DNA of 64,000 bases, taken from Octopus vulgaris. Taxonomy: Eukaryota. The translations under genes were made by a program, and so were the position numbers. The notes beneath the pieces were generated by a model. It saw only the letters and a list, made by a program, of their open reading frames with translations. It was not told the origin of the DNA and did no database searches. Below are positions 1-12,225 of the stretch, piece after piece (the stretch's first letter is position 1; each line of letters starts with the position of its first letter). The stretch lies in contig OX597820.1 in NCBI GenBank assembly GCA_951406725.2, forward strand, positions 124,496,001-124,560,000, in the 5' to 3' direction.

Positions 1-3
1 GTA

Positions 4-196
4 TATTCTTTTACTTGTTTCAGACATCTGATTGCAGTCATGCTGGACCTTTAGTCAGATAAATTGACCCGGGACTTATTCTTTGTAAGCCTAATACTTA
101 TTTTATCGGTCTCTTTGCCGAACCGCTAAGTTTAGGGGACGTAAACACATCGACGTCGGTTGCCAAGCGATGTGGGAGACAAATACAGTCACACAC
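4..196 (-). mobile_element. SINE family S1, 3' half
   Basis: Reverse complement of the 3' half of 61322-61760 (CTTAGCGGTTCGGCAAAAGAGACCGATA...AAGTAAAAGA tail). Confidence 0.85.
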
Positions 197-628
197 CAAA
201 TCCACTTACAATAACTTTTGGTTTTTGCATAATCGTATGAATTCCCAAGTATAGAAGACAAATTCGTTAAACAATTCTAAAATTTTCAAAAAATAAAAGA
301 AAGGTATGAAGGATTATATGTCGTTCATAAAGGAACATTTTTCCAGTATTTAATTTGTTTGCAAATGTCAGCTTCCAAATCTTATTTTCTGACTGGGTAA
401 CAATGATCAAATTTGAAACCTCTGTAACCTTTTTAAACGTTGTTCTGGAATGAGTTAAAATATCCGCTGAGATTCAGTGTGGAAACTTGCATCAATACAT
501 CACATTTTAAAATGTTCACTAATCTTTAAAATTTCCACAGTTGCAGGCAAATAGAAATGGTCTAGGAAAAATCTTTAAAATTTTAAAATTAAAAAAGGAT
601 AGAGAGATGCATGGTTTAAAGGCATGTT

Positions 629-1116
629 ACCTCCTTCGGTCATGAATGACCACAGGATTGCACTTAGAAAATTACCCTTCTAGGTACAAGTCCGGGCAAG
701 GTTGTTTATGGAAGACCAGCATACCAGCCTCCCATCTCCACGCCACCGATGTTATCCAAAGGAAAGACAAAGGCCTATACAGCTTGGCATCAGTGACGTC
801 GTAGCTCATTTATTAACGTGCAAGTGGCTGAACATCCCACAGACACGTTTACATTTAACGTACTTCTCGGGGAGATTCAGCGTGACGCAGAGTGTGACAA
901 GGCTGGCCCTTTGAAATACAGGTACAACAGAAACAGGAAGAAAGAGTGAGAGAAAGTTGTGATGAATGAGTACAGCAGGGTTCACCACCACCCCCTGCCG
1001 GATACTCGTGGAGCTTTAGGTGTTTTCACTCAATAAACACTCACAATGCTCGGTCTGGGAATCGAAACCGTGATCCTACGACCGCGAGTCCGCTGCTCTA
1101 ACCACTGGGCCTCCAC
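629..1116 (-). mobile_element. Composite SINE: S3 tRNA-like head + tail X + a further tail segment
   Basis: ~925-1116 is the reverse complement of the S3 head at 59950/63712; ~811-925 matches 17033-17147. Confidence 0.8.
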
Positions 1117-1979
1117 AGGCGTACTTTAAAGGCGTACATGGTGTGAGAATGATGGATGTTATTCTATTCTCACCGTTGAGGCTGGGTTTATACTTCTGCA
1201 TAGAAATAGACTCGGTAATTTGTTTCAACATAGTATCAGAGGCATGTATAAACAAGATGTCTAGTCTCAGTCTACCTAAAGAACCATTGTGACAATCTAC
1301 AGCCTGCTAGCAGAAAACAGAGACAGGTCATTTCCCAGCAAGATTACTCCAATGTTCTTTGAACCTTTCACCGCTACTCGTGCAATTTCTTACCGACACT
1401 TTACCCGATATACACACTTCTTAGTCTTTCAGTTGTTATGTCGCTTTTTAGCACATTTTGCACAATTGCTTTGATAAGTGTCATTGTTAAATGCGTATAA
1501 GTTACACAGACTGCATTTCATAGTTATACCTGTCGTTTCTGTAACCTGAATCTTAAGAGTTTATGTTCGGAAGTCATTCTGAAATTCTCTAGCTAGTCTT
1601 GTCATGACCGTGGTGCCTTTAAAAGGAACCCTATCAGAACTCTTGTTGCCATACCAAGTACTATTTTTAGTCCACTTATCCACGTTTCTGTCTAAACTAT
1701 TCCCGTCATCATCATTTAGGATGCTCGAGTCGTTTCTTCGCTTCTTTATGCACCATATCATATTGTGTAAAGATATCCTTTTGAACAACTTAGAGCCAGG
1801 CAAAAAAACCTAGTTCAACATTGTTGAATAACTTTTTACTCTGATAAATCAACTCAAAGCATATTTCGATTGCGAAGTCTACATCAATTGATGGTTACAA
1901 CATGTATACTCTTATATATATATATTCATATATATGTACACACACACACACACTCACATACATACACACACATAAATAT

Positions 1980-2298
1980 ATCATCGTTCAATGATGATGA
2001 GTCACTTGCACGAGCAACTGCATTCCCTTCTTTCGATGAACGTGTAAGTCACTGAGCAACACACTGACAGGTAACATTAATGCAATTCCCTTGTAGAATT
2101 AATGCGACACATGTCTGTGATAAAGCTGTAGTTTTTTTCGATTACAGGTATAATCCATCTACCAGGCTTCTGTAGAGTTTCCGTGTACTGAACTATATTC
2201 TCAAGCTATAGATCGATCTGATAAATACAGAATTTGGTAAGGTGTAAGTGGGATTAGAAATCGCGTTTGCAAAGTAAACTTAACAGTTCAGCCACCGT
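1980..2298 (-). mobile_element. Degenerate SINE: S1-like head + tail X
   Basis: Minus strand shows ...CACGGAAACTCTACAGAAGCC (S1 head end) followed by ACCTGTAATC...TGTGTCGC..., similar to tail X; heavily diverged. Confidence 0.5.
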
Positions 2299-2387
2299 GT
2301 ACATAGTAAAGAGATTTACATAGATTGAGAAGTAAATATATGTGGATATATACACGAGGTCGCACGCGACGCACACGCACACACACA

Positions 2388-2473
<86 letters not shown>

Positions 2474-3280
2474 TAGAGACACGTATAAGTTTGCGGATGT
2501 GCGCAAGCAAATTTAAAAAGTACTCTGCCATTATTTCCTAGATTATAGACTCATTAACATAATCTAACATTCTGTTAAATGCGAACATTATTGCAATTAA
2601 TATCACTCTTTAAATGATAGCATAATTTACTAACTAAAGATATTGAGAAAGAATCCGAAAAACAAAAAAACAATAAAAAAATAAAAAACAACCGTTGGGA
2701 GAACGTTTCAAATAAGAGTTTAAATTTGAAATTTGTAATAAACATAAGAATATATTTACTATAGTTGTGTACATCATTTAATATAATTTTATATTCTGAT
2801 CGTCTTTAAATTCCATTGCGGCGATAGGAAATCTCTTTTTCATATAAATGTTGCTATTAATTCTTTAATAGCTATCTTCGGTTCATGCAAATGAAAGCAT
2901 TTCTTCGTAGACACTACTTCTTTAGCGATGTTTTATTTGCTATCAATTCATTATTTGTTTGGATATGGTGATTCATTTGACTTCACAATTTCGCTCAACA
3001 TGAAAAAAAAAGAATTTTATTATGCCGGTAAATTTTTTAGACAATTATTTACTCAGGGACGCCAGTCACATCTAGTGCTATAGTTAAGTTAGCGTTAACA
3101 TATTCATCTGGTGTTTTATAATGTGTCTCCTTAATTAAAATGCATATCACTGGGCGCATGCTCGGATCAAATTTTAATAATATTTGAATCCATTTCTACG
3201 TAAACTTCAGAAAATTCAATTATTATTACTTGTTTTCTTTGATATATTTTCATTTTATTATTTTTTTTTTATTTGTTGGG

Positions 3281-3843
3281 TTACTAGGAAAAGTGGACAA
3301 CCGCAACTTGGGTTAAGCGGCCAGTTAATTAGATCGACCTCAATATGCAACTGGTACATAATTTATCGACCCCGAAAATAGGAAAAGCATAGTCGGCATC
3401 AGAGGAATTAGAAATCAGAACGTAGCGACAGACGAAATACCTATTTCTATTTCTTTACTACCCACATGGGGCTAAACACAGAGAGGACAAACAAGGACAG
3501 ACGAACGGATTAAGTCGATTACATCGACTCCAGGGCGTAAATGGTACTTAATTTATCGACCCCAAAAGGATGAAAGGCAAAGTCGACCTCGGCGAAATTT
3601 GAACTCAGAACGTAACGGCAGACGAAATATCTATTTCTTTACTACCCACAAAGGGCTAAACACGGAGGAGACAAACATGGACAGACAAACGAATTAAGTC
3701 GATTATATCGACTATAGTGCGTAGCTGCTACTTAATTTATCGACCCCAAAATGATGAAAGGCAAAGTCGATCTCGGCTGAATTTGAACTCAGAACCGCTA
3801 AGCATTTCGCCCGGCGTGCTAACGATTCATCCTACTCGCCGTC
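3281..3843 (-). mobile_element. SINE family S2, tandem array of about three units
   Basis: TTTATCGACCC...AAAGGCAAAGTCGACCTCGGC...TTTGAACTCAGAAC repeated at ~185-bp spacing; B-box-like GTTCAAATT on the minus strand; one 5' head at ~3800-3843. Confidence 0.85.
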
Positions 3844-4371
3844 TAAATAGTCCTTTGATATTGAACGAGAGGAGCCTGGTTTTACTCTATTCGATGTTAC
3901 TTTCAGGGTTTTAGTCTGAAAAACCAGTGCATGCTTTGTGTATGATGTATTTATCAAAAGTTTGGAAACACTCAAAAATATAATCGACTGCGAGCGTATA
4001 AATGATGTTTATTGTTTGACGAGAAAGAGTTACGCTGTCTCTAGTGTTCATGGGTTAACTTTGCTAACAAATTTCTTCTTTAGGTTACCTAGAAGTAGTA
4101 TATATTGTTTAGAAAGTGAAACATGTTTAGGAATATCTCTCCTAATTTTTTTTTAGTGATCTTTTTAAGGCGCTTTTGAAAATGTATTTTGAAATGTTCA
4201 TCTTATATCCCAGGTGCTCTAGAAGAGTTGTTTTAAAGTCAAATACGCTTATCGCTCTATCGAAGTATATTCCACATTTTTAGATACATTAATTAGTTTT
4301 TCATCTCTTATTAAAGAAAAATTAAATTTGAAGGGAATTTCGCTACTTTAATGTTTAAGGATATTACTGCT

Positions 4372-4772
4372 TTCAAATTTTGGCATAGGTCCAGTAAATA
4401 CGGCGGAGGGAGCAACTCGCATACCGTGAGTACCTATGGTCCACTGGTACTCATTTTATAGATCCTGAAAGGATGAGAGAGAGATTTGACCTCCGTGGAA
4501 TTTGAACTCAAAACGCAAAGACTGACGAAATACTAACGATTCTGCCCGCTCGCCACCTGATGAAATATTGATGTCAGATTTTGGTACAAGGCTAGAAATT
4601 TCGGTGGAGTGGGTAAGTCGAATACTTTGACCCATGTACACAACTGATACTTATTCTATCGAGCCCGAAAAGATGAAAGGCAAAGTTAATCTCGGTGGAA
4701 TTTGAAATCAGAACCTAATGGCAGACGAAATAGTGCTAAACATTTTGTTAACGATTCTGCTAGCTCGTCACC
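4372..4772 (-). mobile_element. Two tandem S2 SINEs (~4372-4557 and ~4572-4772)
   Basis: Each has the S2 core and the AACGATTCTGC...CTCG head. Confidence 0.75.
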
Positions 4773-5249
4773 TTCTTGTGGAATATCATCGACAATTTTT
4801 AAGATCCGGTATACAAAGTGGTAGTCAAAAGATATACATAGAAAATTTTGGAGAAGGCATACACAAGCTGAGTCATTGTGGACTTGGTTCTTTAAGTGTA
4901 TTATGAAAGTAAAGAAATGTCAAAAGAGCTTGTCACGGAATCTGGAGAGAATTGGAATGGAGCAGTAATAGGCGGAGAAAACTAAGTGGCCACAATTAAC
5001 GAATCGGTGAAATTAGGAAAAAGATGTAAAGTTGAGGACTTAATCTGTTTTAGATACTATTTGTGGCAGAGTAGAGCAAACTAGTTAGCATAGAGGAATC
5101 CGGATACAATTCTTGACTTCTCTCTTGTTTTGGACAATTAAGACATTGGACAAAACAAAGACATTTTATGGTGGCCATATAGTTTATTCCTATCATGGTC
5201 GATCCAACAAATCTCTAAAGGTCTTGCCACAACCTTCGACTTCATGATA

Positions 5250-6454
5250 CAGTGATACATCACAGTACGAGTTTAATTCCATGATCGAGCTCGTTTTACG
5301 AATTACTCGTTTTACAAAGCAATTTTACCTATTGAAATTAATTAAAATATAATTAATCCCTTCCCACTCCGACATCCACCCCAAAATATTTTTGTGGATT
5401 TTAAAACAGAAAAGGCGCAGTTACAAGAAAATGACAATTACAAAAACATAATAGAAGAAAGTTCGAAAGGATTAGGTAAACCTGTTCCATTAATTTAATT
5501 ACTAGTAATTTAATTACATCTCAAGGAAGATGGAATGGGGAGGAGGACGATTATAGTTTGGAAGTAGAATATCCTTTTATTAAGACTTAAGGAACAACAA
5601 TGTCTGGCGTTTTCTATCTCACTTCGCTTGATTTAAGCTTTTTGGACTCACTTTCTTCTCTTTTCACCCTTGGAGGTCATTTTATTACAAAAACTATCAT
5701 GATTAGTCTGATTTTTCCTGCCTTTCAAAATGTTACGAAAATGCACCAGAGCAGTGTCATTAAATAAAGCAACTGCACAACCAGTAGATAATTTTTCAGG
5801 AAGAATTTTTCTACAAATTCCGAAACATACTCTCACATTTCCAACAGTGCCTTTATGTCATTCGTACAGATAACTTTCTCCGTTACACTAACCTCCTCCG
5901 GGGGACTAATCTCTTCCAACGTATCCGAATGCTGCTGCTCCTGAAACTGAAGGGGTTCATCTGTCGTCAGATCCCCCGAGTCTCCTTTGACGTGATCGTT
6001 AATGTCTCCATCGTTAATGCCTCTCGAAACCTATGGACTTGCCAAGAGACACTATCTCCTCGATTGCAAATGTCGCAGACTCAACCCCCTCGAAATGTCT
6101 TTCGGATACCCAGTCACTCCACAGTCTCCTCCATGCAGAATTCAGCGTTCTCCTGCCGGGCAATATCGATAATTTTCAGGCAGTTGACAATGTTGCAGTG
6201 CTCACGAAACTACAAATAAATCTGGGGAAACACAACAAGGATGTTGCCACAATGAGATAAACACGGGAACTTGGCGAGCGGAAGCTGCGCTTGTTGAGAA
6301 AGCGTGTGCAAGCCCAGGGCCGACTAGCGGCTGCTTGCATGTAATTTGCTCGTACTGCGTATTGCCAGTACTTCAAGACAAAAATACGTGTTTGCCTCGG
6401 CTCGTACAGCAAATTACTCGTAAAATGCAGCACTCATACTACGAGGTTCTACTG
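5250..6454 (-). mobile_element. Tigger/pogo DNA transposon, internally deleted
   Basis: TA|CAGTGATACATCACAGTACGAG ... CTCATACTACGAGGTTCTACTG|TA (imperfect TIRs, TA TSD); encloses a transposase C-terminal remnant. Confidence 0.8.
5640..6225 (-). pseudogene. Tigger/TIGD1-like transposase C-terminal fragment
   Basis: Minus-strand peptides RRTLNSAWRRL, IEEIVSLGKSIG and FNDTALVHFRNILKGRKNQT; broken by frameshifts and stops. Confidence 0.8.
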
Positions 6455-6960
6455 TAATATCTTCCTTGTTTGTGATCCCGTGGCCTAGGTGGTGGTGTCA
6501 CCTATAAATTTGCACATAATTAGCATACCGACCCTATATACTTCTAACATGAAGTTGTTTTTTTATCATAACACGAGCGAAACTTTTATAAATTATACAT
6601 ATAAATATGTATGTGTGTGTATGTACGAGCATAATGGCAATTACTGTGCAACAACAGAGATTATATTGGGATCCTTTTTACATCAAAGGAAATGATCGCA
6701 CCGTGTTACATGAAATATAAACATTTTTCTTTAATGTGAATAATATTACATAATAATTATTTGATGTACTTCACTATCTCTCCTATTATGAATTCCTTTT
6801 CTAATAATAGTGGTAACTCAACTTTATCAAACGAAACTTAGCATAATTTACATATTTAAGTATCTGCTGGATGAAACCAGAAACAAATGAAAATAATCTT
6901 AGAACCGATTAACAAAAGGTTATTAAAAAATGTGTACATTATATTCTATTCCGAGTTTAT

Positions 6961-7020
6961 GATGATAACGACGACGACGATGATGATGATGATGATGATG
7001 ATTATGTTAATAACAACAAC

Positions 7021-7095
<75 letters not shown>
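6961..7095. repeat. (GAT)n/(TAA)n microsatellite
   Basis: Directly visible. Confidence 0.95.
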
Positions 7096-7097
<2 letters not shown>

Positions 7098-7099
<2 letters not shown>

Positions 7100-7820
7100 A
7101 GAAACATAATAAAAACATATAATGAAAAGAAAAGAAATATAACAAGTAACTGCAGAATATGTGGAGATGGACAAGAAACAATAAATCATATTATCTTTGG
7201 CTGCCCAGTCCTGGCTAAGAAGGTATATATTCACAGACATGACAGAGTTGGGATCTTCAGACACTAGAAGCTATGCCAAAATTATAGAATTACAATAGAA
7301 AAAAAATGGTATAGGCACACACCAGAAAAGGTCACAGAAAACGAGAAAGCAACCATACTCTGGGATATGCCAATGCACACAGATAGAGAAATTAAGGCCA
7401 ACAGACCAGATATAGTTGTCAGAGATCACGAAGAAACAAAATACTTTCTAATTGATGTATCAATGCCAGCAGATGACAACGTGTCTCTAAAAGAAATGGA
7501 GAAACTTTCAAAATACAAAGACCTGGAAATAGAGGTAACTCGAATGTGGAATCTAAAAGCAGAAACAATTCCTATCATAGTAGGTACATTAGGCATGATA
7601 AAATAATATTCAAACAAAAACATAACAAAAACACCGGGACTTACAAACACATATAACATGCAGACAATTGCAATACTGGGCACTGCCCACATCCTACGCA
7701 AAACACTTTCAATACAGTAGCCATCAGAGCATCACAACAAGACACAGCACATACCCAAGGCACACAGAGCAGCGCTCAGTGGTGAAGAGAAAGCACGCTA
7801 TAAAAATAAAACTGCTGAAT
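7098..7820 (+). mobile_element. R4/Dong-clade LINE, 3' fragment (zinc knuckle, REL endonuclease, 3' UTR)
   Basis: CRICGDGQETINHIIFGC, RHD, ANRPDIVV...LIDVS...EKLSKY; colinear with 39367-40078; in-frame stops; flanked by (TAA)n. Confidence 0.92.
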
Positions 7821-7830
7821 AATAATAATA

Positions 7831-8389
7831 CTGTCTGCCCTGATGCAGTACCAGGCAGTGGCTCAAATGGCTTCTGATCTTAACTGATTGGAAGTGTTAT
7901 CATGTACTTTGTTTTGTCTTAGTATAAAAGATGGGCTACAGCAAATATTCTGCTCAATACCACAGATTTGCTTGTCAGTTATTTGACCTTAAACAGTTGA
8001 GCATGTCCCCTGGAGGCTGATGATATGTGCGTCTCTGATCACGAGCAGAAGTAGTAGGGGAGCATTATAGCCATGTGTTGAGAGGAATTCTTTGGGGTTT
8101 CAATAATTCACCTCTGGAAACATGGGTGTTTCGTTCCACATTCTTAAACAATGTTTATTCATGAACCTTTTGAGCGGAATGGGTTACTCGACCAAAAGAA
8201 AATTCCAACTGGGCCCACATGCAATGTCATGCGCTGTTGATCTTGATATGAGATCACCATGTCGCGCACATATGGTTGTGATGCATGTGCCTAGCGTACT
8301 CTTATCTGACAGGTAGTCATGATGGGTATACAGGACTTCGTATATTTTACCCCAGTGTCACTTTGATGGCATGCACTGTTCTCTCACTC
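7831..8389 (+). mobile_element. ~550-bp non-coding (TAA)n-associated element, copy 1
   Basis: TGATGCAGTACCAGGC...CTCTCACTC followed by (AAT)n; homologous to 8511-9060 (inverted) and 36462-36804; orientation inferred from the AAT tail. Confidence 0.85.
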
Positions 8390-8456
8390 AGAAATGATAA
8401 TAATAATAATGATAATAAAAGTAATAATAATAATAATAATTCTTCTTCTTCTTCTT

Positions 8457-8487
<31 letters not shown>

Positions 8488-8510
8488 TTATTATTATTAT
8501 TATTATTATT

Positions 8511-9060
8511 GAGTGAGAGAGCAGTTCATGCCATCAAAGTGACACTGGGGTAAAATATACGAAGCCCAATATACCCATCAAGGCTACCCGTCTGATAAGG
8601 GCACACCAGGCACATGCATCACAACCATATGTGCGCGACATGGTGATCTCATATCAAGATAAACAGCACATGACCTTGCAAGTGGGGCCCAGTTAGAATT
8701 TTCTTCAGGTTGAGTAGCCCATCCCGCTCAAGCGGACCCTGAATAAGGGTTGTTTAAGGATGTTGAACGAAGCACCCATGGTTCCAGAGGTGAATTATTC
8801 AAACCGCAAAGAATCCCTCTCAACACATGGCTATGATGCTCCCCCACTACTTCTGCTCGTGATCAGAGATGCACATATCGTCAGCCACTAAGGAACATGC
8901 CCAACTGGTTAAGGTCAAACAACTGACAAGCAAATCTATGGTATTGAGCAGAATATTTGCTGTAGCCCATCTTTTATACCAAGACAAAACAATGTACATG
9001 ATAACACTTCCAATCAGTTAAGGTCAGAAGCCATGAGAGCCATTGCCTGGTACTGCATCA
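8511..9060 (-). mobile_element. ~550-bp non-coding (TAA)n-associated element, copy 2
   Basis: Reverse complement of 7841-8389; (TTA)n on both sides. Confidence 0.85.
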
Positions 9061-9111
9061 TTATTATTACTGTTATTATTATTATGATTATCATTATCAT
9101 CATCATTATTA

Positions 9112-9172
<61 letters not shown>

Positions 9173-9220
9173 GATTATATTTATTAATATTATTATTATT
9201 ATTATGATTATCATTATTAA

Positions 9221-9262
<42 letters not shown>

Positions 9263-9277
9263 GATTATCATTATTAA

Positions 9278-9342
<65 letters not shown>
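9061..9342. repeat. (TTA)n microsatellite
   Basis: Directly visible. Confidence 0.95.
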
Positions 9343-9911
9343 GTATAAAGAACACTGAACGAATAAATGATCGAATGAATGTATGACTAAATAAATAAAT
9401 TCTATCGAAGAAATTTTGTTATTATAAACATCTGAAAATTTTCCCAACAGAATGTGAAATGTGCGTTGCAAATACGAAATTTTTCTGAAACAGCGAGCTC
9501 GAGAAAGAAGCTGTATACGAAGTGAGCAAAATATATAAAAAAAAATGAATGAATTTGCGCAGGAAGAAGATTTATCATAGTAGACAAAGTTTATACATAC
9601 GTTCTAATATACGCATAAGTATATGCACACATTATATGCGTGTGTGTGTGTCTCTCTGTGTGTGTGTGCATATACATAAAAATACGTACATATGTATACA
9701 TACATACACATAATAACAGTTCGATTACGCTCGAAGTAACTTAGTTTCGGAAGGTAATACAACAAACCTAGATCTTGGATCTTTGTTAACAGATTTGGTT
9801 ATCTAAAGATATGCTTAGATGCTTGCATGTAGCAGAATCAAGAATTTAATATATAATAAATGTAACTCTTAGCAAATGTATTGAATACTGCTTTCTATAT
9901 ATATGTATGTA

Positions 9912-9943
<32 letters not shown>

Positions 9944-9954
9944 GAAAGTATGTT

Positions 9955-10153
9955 GATTCGCTAGCCTCTGCGCGCATTTTTTTCTCTCCTTGTTTCTTTC
10001 TGCGTTTCTTTTCTGTGTATCTTTCTGTTGAAGAGCGTAGGCTCGAAACGTAAAAGACTTGTTTTATTTATATACCTGAGCGCCATACTAATACAATTGT
10101 TTGTTTGTATTCCACCTGCCTTCGTCTTTTGTTTATTTTCATAAAGCTTCCCG
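9955..10153 (+). mobile_element. Short interspersed repeat carrying a hammerhead motif (probable PLE pseudo-LTR remnant)
   Basis: Homologous to 56828-57002; between (TA)n tracts; the PLE assignment is inference. Confidence 0.65.
10020..10057 (+). ncRNA. Minimal type I hammerhead ribozyme-like motif, variant core
   Basis: TCTTT-CTGTTGA-A-GAGC(GTAG)GCTC-GAA-ACGT-A-AAAGA: stem I TCTTT/AAAGA, 4-bp stem II, palindromic stem III ACGT. Confidence 0.65.
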
Positions 10154-12097
10154 TTATATATATATAATAATAATATTAGGGATTAAATCCAAACTTACAG
10201 GGAAAAATTAAATTTATGATTAAATCTAATTTTATAGTATAAATATTGCCTAATAGTGGTTTTATCTCTAATTTAATATATATATATATGTGTGTGTGTG
10301 TGTGGGGGGTATACATACATATAACTCCGTGTTGAAAGAGTTGTTCTTTCTAGGGATGATTATCCAAACGTATATCGGTTTGCATAAGAACTAGTGCTTA
10401 TCTTTGGTTCTTCTCCGATATTAGTACCTTACACTCTTGAAACTCCAGTAGTCACTGTAGATGTTTCCAACTTTTCGACATAGGAGAAACATTTGAACAA
10501 TACAAAGAAAATGGAGAATTCATACACGCCATAATAAATATATCTATTTTAATAGCCAATTCATATTACATGCGCATGTTTCGGTAAAAACACACAATGC
10601 GATTAAATTTCATTATGAACTTGAAAAAGCAAAAAATTTAATCGGGATAAAAATTGATTATTATCTAGGTAAAAAGTGACTGTTATTTTTTCACATAATC
10701 TTAAGGTTTGGAGAGTTCATTCCAATTGAATTATAGCATGTGTTTTCTAAAATAGCTAGAGGTCGATTTTGAACTCACTGTTCAATGGATATGCATAATT
10801 CAGAAGAACTAGGTCATGTTACTATTTTTACGAGCTAGTCATTTCTATTTAATTCTATTCAGTATGCCTGTTGTAATAATTTATTGTCAAAAATGATAAA
10901 TCCAGGTATATACTTATTTGCTACCTTCTACTTATTTGCTTTTGTTTATTCTTATTGTAAAAATTTATAATAGTTGATATTAATATAAATTATATATTTA
11001 GATATACTAGTTGACAGTTAGGGTTCTTACTTATACTTGTCTATTTAATAGCAGAGAAGTATAATTCTTGTTAATCATATAGACAGCATTTTTGTTTTCT
11101 AAAATCATTTAAAAACAAAGTATTTAGGAACTTAAATCTTATTGTATTATAATACAGTGTTTATCTAAATTTATTTAAATTCAATAAATAAATATCTTTA
11201 ACTTTATGAACAGACAAAATATCCTCCGCTCCTCTGATCATTAGCATTATTTATTTGGCTATTATTTTTGATAGTTTGGGTCCCTACATGTTTTCGTCTA
11301 TTTAATTACTAGTGTAGAAGCACGATTTTATATAAACAGTGTTTAATTTTTGAAGAAAGCTATTTAAATTCAACGATAGTATATTCAGCTTTATGAATTA
11401 TTCTTATGTATAATTGTATCATTCAGACAGTTTCTATTTAATTATATTCATTTCAAATATCTAAATTCATTAAATGCATATTTAACCCTATGCAAACAAC
11501 AAAATCTCTTTCTTCTTGTTTTTTAATAATTTGCGTTTTCATGTAAGAATTTTAGCAACCAATCAGGCCTTTATAAACAGAAGCAACCAATATAAGTTTT
11601 GCTTGGCAGAGAGGACAATAATCTTAAAAAAAAGAAAAATTTCAGGAAAAAAATATTCAGTCAATGACCTCATTTAACACGTTTCCTACTTCGGACATGA
11701 AATTCTAAATTCATTGAATCGTCTTGCCACAACTCTTTCAAATATCACCGCTACCGAAGCCAATTTCAGGGGAATAACCCCGTGCCTTCCGCGACACAGA
11801 CAATTAGTCTTTATTTACCAAACTAACTGATTCTTATGTATTTCTTCTAGCTATAGGGAGATTCTATGCTTTCAGCCAATTCATTCTGATGAGTGGCTTA
11901 ATACGGCTAAGTATCCAATGATTACTATATGCCAATCCAATGGTTACTATATGACCAGCCATAACTTTTACCTCCTTAGTGTATATATATGTATATATGT
12001 TTGTATGAATGTATATATGTATGTATGTATGCATATATGTATGTAAGGGCGCATATATAGATATATACATATATACATACACACACACACACACACG

Positions 12098-12130
<33 letters not shown>

Positions 12131-12176
12131 GTACACATATATGTATATATATACATACACATGTATATGAGGACGC

Positions 12177-12225
<49 letters not shown>

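Noticed and set aside
1561-1803. 80-aa minus-strand ORF in unique sequence
   Set aside because: No recognisable motif or convincing splice sites
3281-3843. CRISPR-like array
   Set aside because: Eukaryotic SINE multimer with long units, no unique spacers and no cas genes
8015-8135. CTGAYGA ... GAAACATGGGTGTT in the 550-bp element as a hammerhead
   Set aside because: No stem I complementarity and no credible stem II
9014-9386. Poly-Ile/Tyr ORFs and (YI)n, (CV)n, (HT)n ORFs here and throughout the window
   Set aside because: Translations of (TAA)n, (TA)n and (CA)n microsatellites
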